NCBI GenBank assembly: GCA_963797095.1
Contig: CAWCNY010000003.1
Location: 960,001-1,024,000, forward strand
DNA from: an uncultured Chloroflexia bacterium
GTDB lineage: Bacteria; Chloroflexota; Chloroflexia; QHBQ01; JADMIH01
Direction of reading: 5' to 3'
DNA length: 64,000 nt
The notes beneath the pieces were generated by a model, which ran no database searches, had not been told where the DNA came from, and saw only the letters and a program-made list of their open reading frames with translations. This document shows positions 45,644 through 55,298 of this stretch, in pieces. The position numbers were made by a program, and so were the translations under genes. Every line of letters starts with the position of its first letter. The stretch's first letter is position 1.

Positions 45644-47783
45644 GACATCTGAAATGCGTGATATGACGCAGCAGCAGCCTACAGATACGCCTGTGGTTGC
45701 GGCTGCCGGTGACGCAGACTCCCCAACTTACACCAACTCAAACCCGCGTATCGGCGTCTACGTGTGCCACTGCGGAGGCAACATCAGCGATACGGTTGGC
45801 TGCCAGGAGGCCGCCGAGGCCCTGGGCAACCTACCGGACGTGGTGGTGGCGCGTGACTACCAGTTTATGTGCTCGGACCCCGGCCAGAAGCTGATTACAG
45901 ACGACATCAACGAAAACGGGGTCAACCGGGTGGTGATCGGTGCCTGCTCTCTCTTCCTGCATGAGCAGACCTTCCGCAAAACGGTGGAACGCGCCGGGCT
46001 AAACCCGTACCTGTACTACCATATCGGCCTGCGGGAGCAGGATAGCTGGGTGCACCACAGCGACCGGAACGCGGCGACCGATAAGGCCATCCGCATGATG
46101 TCCGCCGGGGTGGCTCGCGCCCGCCTCATGAAGCCCCTTGAGCCGGTGAAACTGGATGCCGACAAGCACGCGCTTGTGATCGGGGGCGGCGTGGCCGGGC
46201 TGCGCTCGGCGCTCTCCATAGCTCGGCGCGGCTTGCGCGTCACGCTGATCGAGAAGAGCCAGTTCCTGGGCGGCAATATGGCGCGATGGGACCACGTCTT
46301 TCCGACCGAGGAGGACGCTCGCGGTCTGCTGGACGCCCTCATAAAGGATGTGCTGGCAGAGCCTAACATCACGGTCCACACGGGCGCCGAACTGATATCC
46401 GCCAAAGGCTACGTGGGCAACTTTGAGATGCGCATTCGCCAGCAGCGACGCGGCGTTGCCGAGGATTTTACAGCCCTCGCCGAAGCGGCTGCAGTGTGCC
46501 CTGTCGAGGTACCGGACGAGTTCAACTTCGGCATGAGCAAGCACAAGGCCATTTACCGGCCTTACGAGGGGTGCTACCCTGCCGGTCCCACCATTGATTG
46601 GGAGCACTGCACCAAATGCGGGGAGTGCCTCAAGGTGGCCCCCAAAGGGAGCATTCGCCTGCATTCGGAGCCGGTCGAGTTTGACCTGAAGGTGGGCGCG
46701 GTGGTAGTGGCCACGGGTTTCCGCCCTTATGAGCCTGCCCACGGCGAGTTTGGCTATGGCGAGTACCCCGGCGTGGTGACGCTACCTCAGTTGGAGCGGC
46801 TCCTATCCCAGGACGGCCCGACGGGTGGGGAACTGGTATGGCACGGGCGGCCTGTGCGCAGCCTGGCGCTGATCCACTGCGTGGGCAGCCGCCAGTTGGA
46901 TGGAGTACATGCACCCGGCCTCGATGGCAGGCTGAATGAGTACTGCTCTCGCGTGTGCTGCACGGCCAGTCTTGCCGCGGCGAACCGAATCCGCGAACGC
47001 TTTCCGCAGGTGAACGTGTACGACCTCTACCGCGATATACGCACATATGGGCGCGGTCATGAGGAGTATTACACCAGGGCATCCAAAAACCGGGTGACCT
47101 TCCTGCGCTATTTAGCCGAGGACGGCCCGGCGGTCGCACCCGCACCGCCACCCGACGAGCACCCCCTTCTGGTGAGAGTAAAAGACCAGCTTACATGGGG
47201 CGAGGAAATCGATCTGCCGGTGGACCTGGTCGTGCTGGCGGTTGGGATGGTGCCGTCCCCGGTGCAAGACCTGATCGACATGCTAAAGGTGCCGCAGGGC
47301 ACCGACCGCTTCCTGCTGGAAGTGCACCCCAAGCTCCGCCCCGTCGAGACCGCCGTGACCGGCGTATTGCTGGCGGGCACGGCCCAGGGCCCGATGAACA
47401 TACAGGAGAGTTGCGCGGCTGCCGAGGCCGCGGCCTCCAAGGTGGCGGTGCTGTTGGGCCGGGGCAAAGTCGAACTTGAGCCTTACGTGGCCCAGGTAGA
47501 CCCGGAGCGCTGCCAGGGCACCGGGGAGTGCGTGCGAGCATGTCCTCAGGAGGATGCCATCCGCCTGGAGACCTTCACCGAGAATGGCAAGACGTTCAGG
47601 CGGGCCGTGGTTACGGCGGCCAACTGCAACGGCTGCGGTGTATGTGTGTCGGCCTGCCCCAGCCGGGCCATCGACGTGCAGGGCTGGCGATTGGACGAGT
47701 TCGAAGCGATGGTCGAGGCGATCACCGCGGAACCACCCGCCGGTGAGCCTGCCCACAGACCTGCCATGGAGGCAGTGGTATGA
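45636..47783 (+). CDS. hdrA: Heterodisulfide reductase subunit A-like flavoprotein (long, QmoB-like without fused MvhD)
   Basis: IGVYVCHCGGNI, MCSDPG, GACS, IGGGVAG, CVGSR...YCSRVCC, HPKLRPVET, C-terminal ferredoxin motifs; start placed at ATG 45636 after AGGAG. Confidence 0.92.
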   Translation: MSETSEMRDMTQQQPTDTPVVAAAGDADSPTYTNSNPRIGVYVCHCGGNISDTVGCQEAAEALGNLPDVVVARDYQFMCSDPGQKLITDDINENGVNRVVIGACSLFLHEQTFRKTVERAGLNPYLYYHIGLREQDSWVHHSDRNAATDKAIRMMSAGVARARLMKPLEPVKLDADKHALVIGGGVAGLRSALSIARRGLRVTLIEKSQFLGGNMARWDHVFPTEEDARGLLDALIKDVLAEPNITVHTGAELISAKGYVGNFEMRIRQQRRGVAEDFTALAEAAAVCPVEVPDEFNFGMSKHKAIYRPYEGCYPAGPTIDWEHCTKCGECLKVAPKGSIRLHSEPVEFDLKVGAVVVATGFRPYEPAHGEFGYGEYPGVVTLPQLERLLSQDGPTGGELVWHGRPVRSLALIHCVGSRQLDGVHAPGLDGRLNEYCSRVCCTASLAAANRIRERFPQVNVYDLYRDIRTYGRGHEEYYTRASKNRVTFLRYLAEDGPAVAPAPPPDEHPLLVRVKDQLTWGEEIDLPVDLVVLAVGMVPSPVQDLIDMLKVPQGTDRFLLEVHPKLRPVETAVTGVLLAGTAQGPMNIQESCAAAEAAASKVAVLLGRGKVELEPYVAQVDPERCQGTGECVRACPQEDAIRLETFTENGKTFRRAVVTAANCNGCGVCVSACPSRAIDVQGWRLDEFEAMVEAITAEPPAGEPAHRPAMEAVV

Positions 47784-48115
47784 ACGCACAAAGCAAAGAA
47801 GCTAAAGAAGCGGCCAGAGAGGCAGCCAGGCAGCGCACGCAGATGCTGTTGGAGTTGCGCAAGCAGCACGAGCAGCAAGTGAAAGAAGCCCAGGAGCTTC
47901 TGAGGGCTCAACAGACGGCCCGCAAGACGCTGCAGCAAGCGCTGCAAGGGGGGCCGCGCTCGATCCCGCAACTTGCCGGGGAGACCGGTATGGCCTCTAA
48001 TGAGGTGCTGTGGCACATGGCCGCTATGAAGAAATATGGCGTGGTGGAGGAGATGGGCATGGACGAGGATGGCGAGTACTACCTGTACAGCCTGTCAAAG
48101 GAGGGGAAGCCATGA
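47780..48115 (+). CDS. Small winged-helix protein
   Basis: Coiled N-terminus then GPRSIPQLA..TG....EVLWHMAAMKKYGVV.E...Y.Y; ATGA overlaps with both neighbours. Confidence 0.75.
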   Translation: MNAQSKEAKEAAREAARQRTQMLLELRKQHEQQVKEAQELLRAQQTARKTLQQALQGGPRSIPQLAGETGMASNEVLWHMAAMKKYGVVEEMGMDEDGEYYLYSLSKEGKP

Positions 48116-49320
48116 GCGCCACACACACGATAGACACCACCGATGCTGTGAAGGCCACCGGTCACCGCGCCGACCCGAGCTTCCTGCTGGAGCTGAAGAA
48201 ATACGGGGAAGTAAACATCGAGTCCTGCTTCAACTGCGGCAACTGCACCGCGATATGCCCTCTCTCCACGGACGAGACGCCCTTCCCGCGCGGCAACATC
48301 CGCATGGTGCAGGTGGGCCTGCGCGACAACCTGCTGGAGAGCGTAGACCCATGGCTCTGCTACTACTGCGGCGATTGTTCTGCAACCTGCCCGCGGCAGG
48401 CCGAGCCCGCCGAAGCCCAGATGACCATGCGCCGCTGGCTCACCGCTCGTTACGATTGGACCGGTCTGGCACGCAAGTTCTACACGTCCAAAGTCTGGGA
48501 GCTCGGCTCGGTGCTCTTGCTGGCCGCCCTGGTGGTGGGCATGTTCGTTATCTGGCACGGGCCGGTTGTGACCGACCACGTGGCTCTCAATACCTTCGCC
48601 CCGGCCAGCGTCGTGGAGATTGGCGACCTGATCATGCTCGGCGGCCTTTCCTTCTTCCTGCTGTCCAACGTCTTCCGGATGTGGCGATTCACGCTGGGCC
48701 GGGACGAGCGGGCCAACTTGCCGCTCTGGGCCTACGTGACCGAAGCCTGGCAGTTGGTCTACCATTTCGCGACCCAAATCCGCTTCTCGAAGTGCGACGA
48801 GGAGGCAGGGTTGCACTTCTGGCAGAAGGCGCGCTGGCGCAACCACTGGCTGCTGGTGAGTGGCTACGTGGTGATGTTCGTGCTGGTCGTCTTCTTCCTG
48901 GAGTGGTTCCAGACCGATAACTACTACCCGATCTGGCATCCCCAGCGCTGGCTTGGCTATTACGCGGCGGCTGTGCTGCTGTTTGGCGCAGGCACAGCCA
49001 TCTGGGGGCGCATCAAGAAGGACCAGCAGATGCACCGCTTCTCTCACCTCAGCGACTGGATGTTCCCGGTACTCCTCTTCTTGACGGCCCTCACCGGCCT
49101 TCTGGTCAATATCTTCCGCTATATGGACCTGCCACTGGCAACCTACATTATCTATGTGGCCCACCTGGCGATTCTGACGCCCATGCTGGTGCTGGAAGTG
49201 CCGTTTGGGAAATGGTCCCACCTGGCCTACCGGCCCGTGGCCATATATCTTCAGGCGCTGAAGGAGAAAGCGCGCCAACAACAAGCAATTGCTGCCGGAG
49301 TACCCGCCCCGGCCGATTGA
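48112..49320 (+). CDS. QmoC-like subunit: 2x[4Fe-4S] (HdrC-like) domain plus multi-TM cytochrome b-like domain
   Basis: CFNCGNCTAICP, PWLCYYCGDCSATCPR, ~6 TM helices with His (NHWLL, HLAIL, PFGKWSHLAYRP). Confidence 0.85.
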   Translation: MSATHTIDTTDAVKATGHRADPSFLLELKKYGEVNIESCFNCGNCTAICPLSTDETPFPRGNIRMVQVGLRDNLLESVDPWLCYYCGDCSATCPRQAEPAEAQMTMRRWLTARYDWTGLARKFYTSKVWELGSVLLLAALVVGMFVIWHGPVVTDHVALNTFAPASVVEIGDLIMLGGLSFFLLSNVFRMWRFTLGRDERANLPLWAYVTEAWQLVYHFATQIRFSKCDEEAGLHFWQKARWRNHWLLVSGYVVMFVLVVFFLEWFQTDNYYPIWHPQRWLGYYAAAVLLFGAGTAIWGRIKKDQQMHRFSHLSDWMFPVLLFLTALTGLLVNIFRYMDLPLATYIIYVAHLAILTPMLVLEVPFGKWSHLAYRPVAIYLQALKEKARQQQAIAAGVPAPAD

Positions 49321-49324
49321 GAGG

Positions 49325-49397
49325 CAAAATGTAATGCGTAAAACGTAAAACGTAATGCGTAGCAGTCGTTAGTCGTCAACTGACAACCGATAACTAA
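49325..49397. repeat. Degenerate heptamer tract
   Basis: AAAATGT AATGCGT AAAACGT AAAACGT AATGCGT then AGTCGTT/AACTGAC-type units. Confidence 0.6.
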
Positions 49398-49410
49398 AAG
49401 GAGGTTTCCC

Positions 49411-49773
49411 GTGTCTCAGAAAATGGTAGTTGTATGCAACCACGCCGATCCGAGCGGCATAATGCCCTCGCTGATCTTCGCTTCGTCGGGCATCGCCCTC
49501 GACTACGATGTGCACATGTTCTTCTGCCCAGGCGGGGCGCAGGCGCTGGTCAAAGGCGAGCTGGAGAAGCTCGGAACGCCGAAGGGGATGCCCAACCCTG
49601 TCGAGCTGTTCAACACGATACTGGACCAGGGCGGCGAGGTCGTATTCTGCGAGCTTGCCGTCGAGAGCAAGGATATCAACCCTGAGACGCTGCGCGATGA
49701 GCGCATCGTCGTCGAGAAAGTGCCTCCCTTCCTGATGGGTGCCGAGGGAGCGGGCATGACCTACGTTTTCTAG
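49411..49773 (+). CDS. DsrE/DsrF-like family protein
   Basis: Short alpha/beta protein: LIFA...A...DV.MFF..G...L.KG...G.EV.FCELA; RBS AAGGAGG. Confidence 0.75.
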   Translation: MSQKMVVVCNHADPSGIMPSLIFASSGIALDYDVHMFFCPGGAQALVKGELEKLGTPKGMPNPVELFNTILDQGGEVVFCELAVESKDINPETLRDERIVVEKVPPFLMGAEGAGMTYVF

Positions 49774-49781
49774 CGTCTCCA

Positions 49782-49836
49782 GGATTTTGACCGCGAGCTC
49801 TCAGGCTGAGTTCCGGAGAGCTCGCGGTCAAAATCC
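49782..49836. terminator. Long perfect hairpin (21-bp arms) after the dsrE-like gene
   Basis: GGATTTTGACCGCGAGCTCTC-13nt-GAGAGCTCGCGGTCAAAATCC; no U-tract. Confidence 0.5.
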
Positions 49837-49850
49837 CAGTGGGTAAGCGC

Positions 49851-50507
49851 ATGAGCACTCAAGCACCAGCACCAGCACCAGCACCAGCACCAGCGCCAAC
49901 GCAAGCGCAATGCGACGCACCGGCTAACCCGTCCGTGGGGAGCAGGCTGCGCGCACGCCGGCGGGAGCGTGGTCTCTCGCAGAGAGAGCTGGCGGAGCGG
50001 GCAGGTGTATCACTGAACTGCATCAGCCTGATCGAGCGTGACGAGATCTCGCCCAACGTGGCTACCCTGCGGCGACTGGCCTCCGCGCTCAACGTGAAAA
50101 TGAGCTACTTCTTCGAGGCCGGCGATCACGCTAATGTCCTTCACGTGATAGAAGCGGCCGATCGCCTTGGCCTCAGCCAGCCCACCTACGACAGCCAGGC
50201 CGCACATGGTACAGGCTACAAAGTGTCGCTTGAGGACGTATGTTCCAGCCTGGGAGAGCAGGCGATACAGCCCTGTGCGCTCACGCTCAAGCCTCACGCC
50301 TCGGCAGGCGGTTATGCGGCGCAAACCGGCCACGGGTTCGTCTATTGTCTGCGGGGCAGTTTGAAATGCGACCTGGATAACGAGAGCTATCTACTTGAAC
50401 CGGGAGAAGCGCTGCTCTTTGAAGGCACCGGTCCGCACAGGTGCGAAAACCCGGGCGAGACTGAGGCGCACTTTGTGCTTGTACTTCAGCCCCCTGAGGG
50501 CGCTTAG
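49851..50507 (+). CDS. XRE-family HTH regulator with cupin domain (paralog of 42330-42941)
   Basis: LSQRELAERAGVSLNCISLIERDEISPNVATL...LNVKMSYFFE; cupin GFVYCLRG...LEPGE...PH; N-terminal (AP)n from GCACCA repeats. Confidence 0.9.
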   Translation: MSTQAPAPAPAPAPAPTQAQCDAPANPSVGSRLRARRRERGLSQRELAERAGVSLNCISLIERDEISPNVATLRRLASALNVKMSYFFEAGDHANVLHVIEAADRLGLSQPTYDSQAAHGTGYKVSLEDVCSSLGEQAIQPCALTLKPHASAGGYAAQTGHGFVYCLRGSLKCDLDNESYLLEPGEALLFEGTGPHRCENPGETEAHFVLVLQPPEGA

Positions 50508-50945
50508 TGCAGGGCACACCCGCCGGGCCATCCCCCTCCTGAACTGGAGCCTGCCGGGGGTCCGGCGCGCCGCCATTCGCTGGCCGATGACTTCAGTCTC
50601 CCCCGGCCATGGTAGCCAACGATTTTTCACCGATTTGTAACGCCCTGTATGCCCGGTCGTATACCTTTCCCTGCTACACTACATGTGGTGGAGTTTGCGC
50701 CATAGCCACTCGACCGGGCATCAGCCAGGCTCCCGACAGAAGTGTAGCTGTTCAACGAGGCATGCGCGGGGGCTTTTCCGGCTTGCAGGTGATTACATGA
50801 GCGCCGGTGCCCTTGAGGATGGGCATTTATGCAATGAGCTGCCAACGATGAAACCGGCTTTTAGCGGGGCCCGGTTTTTTGTTTTCCGGGTATGCACCCT
50901 CAAGAACGTTGAGAACGTGAGCAACTGGGTGCTGAAGGAGGACCC

Positions 50946-51980
50946 ATGATGGCACTCACTATGTTAGCTTGCAATACCTCCAGCCATGTTATTGCAGAGA
51001 TACCCGGATCGTATCGAGATTTGATCGACCAACCATACTGGGCCGCACTTACTACCGTCATGCCTGACGGACAGCCGCAAACTACCCCGGTGTGGTGCAA
51101 CCGCGAGGGCAACAACAACTACGTGTTGACCAATACGATGCAGGGGTTTCGCAAGGAGAAGAATATGAGGGCCAACCCGCACGTAACCCTGCTGGTCTAT
51201 GACCCGTGCAATCCGTCACGCAATATCGAGATACGGGGCCTTGTGGTCGAAATGAGCGAAGCGGGAGCGGTGGAGCACGACGACCGCCTGGCGCAACTCT
51301 ATCTGGGTAAGCCCAATGCCCGGTTTTTCGGGGATGCCGTGCCGGCGGACCTTGCGCGGAGCTTCGTCCCGGTCAAAGTGACGATTGCACCTATCCATGT
51401 GCGCGTTGGAGAGCCCACGCCTTCGGCGGCTTTGAGAGCACAGTCAGGGCAGTTGCCTGATGTTCGCCACAATCAAGAGACGTGCGCAAGCGAAGGGCCA
51501 GGTGCTATCCCCATCGCCCCTGCTGCTCCCACGCTCGTTACTGCCCATGTGCCTGTGACCGTGCCCGATTCACATCAAGACCTGCTGGTGCGCCCCATAC
51601 ACGGTGTCCTATCAACTATGATGCAGGACGGCCAGCCACAGTCGAGCCTGGTGTGGGTGGACTATGACGGCACTCACATACTCATCAACACTGCCCTGGA
51701 GCGCCAGAAATGCAGGAACATGCAAGCCGATCCGAGGGTTACGCTGCTCGTGGTTGACCCGAGCAAGACCGACCTCTGGATCGAGGTGCGCGGTCGCGTG
51801 GCCGAGATAACTACAAACGGTGCCATAACCCACGCGGACATGCTCGCGCAAAGGTACATGGGCAAAGACAAGCGGCGTTTCTACGGCGATGTTTACAAGA
51901 CGGAATGGCAGCGATATGAAACGCGTGTCATCGTCAAGATCGAGCCGGTCAAGGTGTCGCTTGACGCGATATTCAGGTAG
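50946..51980 (+). CDS. Tandem two-domain PPOX-class F420-dependent oxidoreductase
   Basis: Two copies of L.T.M.DG.PQ..(P/L)VW...NT...K..NM.A.P.VTLLV.DP...IE(I/V)RG; RBS AAGGAGG. Confidence 0.85.
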   Translation: MMALTMLACNTSSHVIAEIPGSYRDLIDQPYWAALTTVMPDGQPQTTPVWCNREGNNNYVLTNTMQGFRKEKNMRANPHVTLLVYDPCNPSRNIEIRGLVVEMSEAGAVEHDDRLAQLYLGKPNARFFGDAVPADLARSFVPVKVTIAPIHVRVGEPTPSAALRAQSGQLPDVRHNQETCASEGPGAIPIAPAAPTLVTAHVPVTVPDSHQDLLVRPIHGVLSTMMQDGQPQSSLVWVDYDGTHILINTALERQKCRNMQADPRVTLLVVDPSKTDLWIEVRGRVAEITTNGAITHADMLAQRYMGKDKRRFYGDVYKTEWQRYETRVIVKIEPVKVSLDAIFR

Positions 51981-52109
51981 GTTAGGCCCGACCGGCCGAA
52001 AATTGCCGAGGCCGAGCACTGGATGAACACGGGCCATCTCGATCTTATCGACTGATATGTATTCGAGATGGCCCGTGTCTATCTGGAGCCTCGAACTTGT
52101 CGGCAAGCT

Positions 52110-52628
52110 CTATACAGCGCGTAGCGCTCCCTGCGGAGCAGCAGATAGCTCCGTTGCTATCTGCCTGGCCCAGCGTCGGATGTCGTCCCAATCCCTGAAA
52201 TCGCCATAGGGCACCTGCGCCCATTTGGCTGCGATACGCTCACCGAAGCCCAACCCCTTCGGATCGAGCTTCCCCACGAACACCTTGTGGTCGTGCGCCT
52301 CTACACCATTCAGGGTGGGGGACAGTCTTTTCGGATCGTCGTGAGGTTGCGGATCTTGCTCGCCCACGGGGCCGCTGCTGAAGAGCCACACAGGCAGTTT
52401 CGATAACGCAGCGCGATGGTGTGCGGGGAAGTTCTGCGCTTCAGGCAGCCAGTTGCCCATATAGACGCTGCTTCCGAGGATTACGGCATCGTAGCCCCTG
52501 ATGGCGCCGACCTCGGCGACATCTCGTAGATCGGCATCAATCGCGGAGTTGTGCAACTCGTCCACGATGGCGCTTGCGATCTCACGAGTGCTTCCGTGCT
52601 TGCTAGCTACGGCAACGAGGACTTTCAT
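52110..52628 (-). CDS. Flavodoxin-domain protein (HemG/Flavodoxin_5-like)
   Basis: VLVAVASKHGSTREIA, YDAVILGSSVYMG.W, PVWLFSSGP, GDFRDW. Confidence 0.88.
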   Translation of the reverse strand: MKVLVAVASKHGSTREIASAIVDELHNSAIDADLRDVAEVGAIRGYDAVILGSSVYMGNWLPEAQNFPAHHRAALSKLPVWLFSSGPVGEQDPQPHDDPKRLSPTLNGVEAHDHKVFVGKLDPKGLGFGERIAAKWAQVPYGDFRDWDDIRRWARQIATELSAAPQGALRAV

Positions 52629-52688
52629 AGTGATGTTCTCCCTCTAATTACGACTATTACCGCTTTACGACTATTACCGCTACCGCTG

Positions 52689-55001
52689 CTACCAGGGAAG
52701 CGCTTCCTCAAGTGTTATCCTGTTCGTAGTAAGCCCCGGTTGCCTGGGTTGCGCCTCTTGTCTTTGTGCTTCCACCACCGCGATAGCCGCCAGGTTGACA
52801 ATATCCTTGACCTCGTTGTCGCGTTGCAGCACATAGACCGGCTTCCTCATGCCAACCAGAATCGGCCCCACGATCTCGGCGTTTGCCAGTTGCTGTACAA
52901 GCCTGTACGCGATGTTGCCCGCCTCCAGGTTGGGGAAGATCAGCACGTTAGCCTCTTTTTGCAGTCGATTGAACGGGTACATGCTGTTTAGCAGGTCGGC
53001 GGCGAGGGCGGTATTGGCTCGCATCTCGCCGTCTATGACCAGGTCGGGCTCGCGCCTCCTGACAATATCCACCGCCTCTCGCACCATCTCGGTGCGCTCG
53101 TTGCGCACGCTGCCGAAGTCGGAGAAGCTGAGCATGGCGACCCGAGGCTCCACATTGAAGTCACGCGCCAGCCTGGCCGTGAGGATGGCTATCTCCGCCA
53201 GCTTTTCAGCATCGAGATCGACGTTCACAGTCGTGTCGGCGAAGAAGAGCACCCGATTGCGGAGCGTTACCATATAGACCCCGGCGGCGATCAAGCAATC
53301 AGGCAATGTCTTGATGATCTGGAGTGGAGGGCGCAGTACCTCAGGGTAGTGCAGGCACAGCCCTGAGATCATGCCATCTACCTCATCCATTTCCAGCATC
53401 ACCGAGGCGTAATAGTTGGGGTTAGCCACCAGTTCCCACGCCTCCATCTTTGTCACGCCCTTGCGCTTGCGCAGGTCGTACAGCCGTTGCGCGTAGTCGA
53501 GACGCCTTTCGGAGGTGCGGGGGTTGATGTATTCGGCACCCTCCAGGTGGATCTGCAACTCCTCCGCTCTGCTGATTATCTTCTGCTCGTCCCCCAGCAG
53601 CACGGGCCGGGCTATCCCTTCTTCAATTAGCTGGTGCGCGGCATGGATCGTCTTTTCGTGCTCTCCCTCGGCAAACACGATCCGCTTGGGGTTGGCTTTG
53701 GCTTTATTGAACACTATGCGCATCATCTCGCGAGATTTGCCCAGGCGTGCCTCAAGTTGTTCCTTGTATTTCCCGATGTCGATCTGCAACCTGGCGACGC
53801 CCGTTTCCATGGCCGCCTGCGCCACGGCGGGCGCTTCCCACAGCAGTATTCGCGGGTCGAGGGGTTTGGGGATCAGGTAGTCGGGGCCGAACTGCAAAGC
53901 CTCCAATCCATAGGCCTTGGCGACTGCGTCGGGCACGTCCTCCCTGGCAAGCGCGGACAATGAACGAGCCGCCGCGACCTTCATCGCTTCATTGATCTGG
54001 GTGGCGCGCACATCGAGAGCGCCCCTGAAAATAAAGGGGAAGCCCAGCACATTGTTCACCTGGTTGGGGTAATCCGACCTGCCGGTGGCAACAATAGCGT
54101 CCGGCCTGGCGGCCCTGGCATCCTCGTAGCTGATCTCAGGGTCGGGGTTAGCCATCGGGAAGAGGATGGGCGTTGAAGCCATTTGAGCGATCATCTCCTG
54201 CGTTACGATCCCGCCCATCGAAAGGCCAACGAACACGTCTGCGCCGTTGAGCGCCTCGGTGAGGGTGCGGGCCTCGGTTTCGGCGGCGAACTGCTCCTTA
54301 TACGGGTTCATGTCGATCTCGCGCCCCCGGTAAATTACGCCATGGCGGTCACACATCATGATGTTGTCTTTGTTGGCGCCAAGTTCCACGTAGAAGCGCG
54401 CGCTGGCGATGGCCGCGGCCCCGGCCCCGCTGATGACGATCCTGACCTCCGACAGCTTCTTGCCCGCAAGATCGAGCGCGTTGAGCAGGGCGGCCCCGGA
54501 GATGACCGCGGTCCCGTGCTGGTCGTCGTGGAAGACCGGGATCTGCATCTCTTTCTTCAAGCGCTCCTCTATGTAGAAACATTCGGGAGCCTTGATATCT
54601 TCGAGGTTGATGCCCCCGAAAGTATTCTCAAGCAATGCAACCGTTTGCACCACCAACCCGGGGTCTTCTGTGTTCAATTCCAGGTCAATAGCGTCAATAT
54701 CGGCAAAGCGCTTGAATAGAACGGCCTTGCCTTCCATAACGGGTTTACTTGCCAGGGAGCCGATGTTGCCCAGGCCAAGCACCGCCGTACCGTTGGTCAC
54801 AATGGCGACAAAATTACCCCTGGCCGTGTATTTGAACGCATCGTCGGGGTTCTCAGCAATCGCCCTGCAAGGCTCGGCCACGCCTGGCGTGTATGCAAGC
54901 GACAGGTCGCGCTGGCTCATGCAGGGTTTAGTTGGCGCTATCTCCAGCTTGCCTGCCGGCCACCCCGAATGATAGTCCAATGCCTCTTGATTACGAATCA
55001 T
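52689..55001 (-). CDS. maeB: NADP-dependent malic enzyme with phosphotransacetylase-like domain
   Basis: [49 protein letters not shown]; C-terminal PTA-like domain (FAEGE, DGEM, FPNL.AGNI.Y). Confidence 0.95.
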   Translation of the reverse strand: MIRNQEALDYHSGWPAGKLEIAPTKPCMSQRDLSLAYTPGVAEPCRAIAENPDDAFKYTARGNFVAIVTNGTAVLGLGNIGSLASKPVMEGKAVLFKRFADIDAIDLELNTEDPGLVVQTVALLENTFGGINLEDIKAPECFYIEERLKKEMQIPVFHDDQHGTAVISGAALLNALDLAGKKLSEVRIVISGAGAAAIASARFYVELGANKDNIMMCDRHGVIYRGREIDMNPYKEQFAAETEARTLTEALNGADVFVGLSMGGIVTQEMIAQMASTPILFPMANPDPEISYEDARAARPDAIVATGRSDYPNQVNNVLGFPFIFRGALDVRATQINEAMKVAAARSLSALAREDVPDAVAKAYGLEALQFGPDYLIPKPLDPRILLWEAPAVAQAAMETGVARLQIDIGKYKEQLEARLGKSREMMRIVFNKAKANPKRIVFAEGEHEKTIHAAHQLIEEGIARPVLLGDEQKIISRAEELQIHLEGAEYINPRTSERRLDYAQRLYDLRKRKGVTKMEAWELVANPNYYASVMLEMDEVDGMISGLCLHYPEVLRPPLQIIKTLPDCLIAAGVYMVTLRNRVLFFADTTVNVDLDAEKLAEIAILTARLARDFNVEPRVAMLSFSDFGSVRNERTEMVREAVDIVRRREPDLVIDGEMRANTALAADLLNSMYPFNRLQKEANVLIFPNLEAGNIAYRLVQQLANAEIVGPILVGMRKPVYVLQRDNEVKDIVNLAAIAVVEAQRQEAQPRQPGLTTNRITLEEALPW

Positions 55002-55298
55002 GTCTGCACCTCCACATTCATTGGGGCCATCGAGCACAGCAACCGGTGAGGGAATGCCCCTCTTTACAATATAGAGCACAAAGGTGGCACGCTAGATGAA
55101 CGCAGGTTAAAGTTCGGTGACAAATAGCGGTGGATTGCCATACAGGCCCAAGCTCATCGCCATTAGCCCTCGGTCCTCCTGGGCGTTGAACTGGTTTGTA
55201 ACTCCTATCCTGTAGCATATCCGTAGACAGAAGCCATACCGTGGGATTGAGAAGAACCCACGGCTAATCCGAAATATTAGGAGAATAGGAGGCCCACA

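Noticed and set aside
43184-47783. Selenocysteine recoding in TusA, MvhD or HdrA
   Set aside because: The ORFs are open with no in-frame TGA; missing cysteines are replaced by sense codons
44294-49320. Calling the cluster canonical qmoABC and inferring sulfate reduction
   Set aside because: No aprAB, sat or dsr genes in the window, MvhD is separate and Cys-depleted, and extra tusA, wHTH and dsrE genes are present; cannot be supported from this window
50680-50740. Fluoride riboswitch-like GGTGGAGTTTGCGCC
   Set aside because: Lacks the downstream GCTRATGAC element and the adjacent gene is unrelated to fluoride
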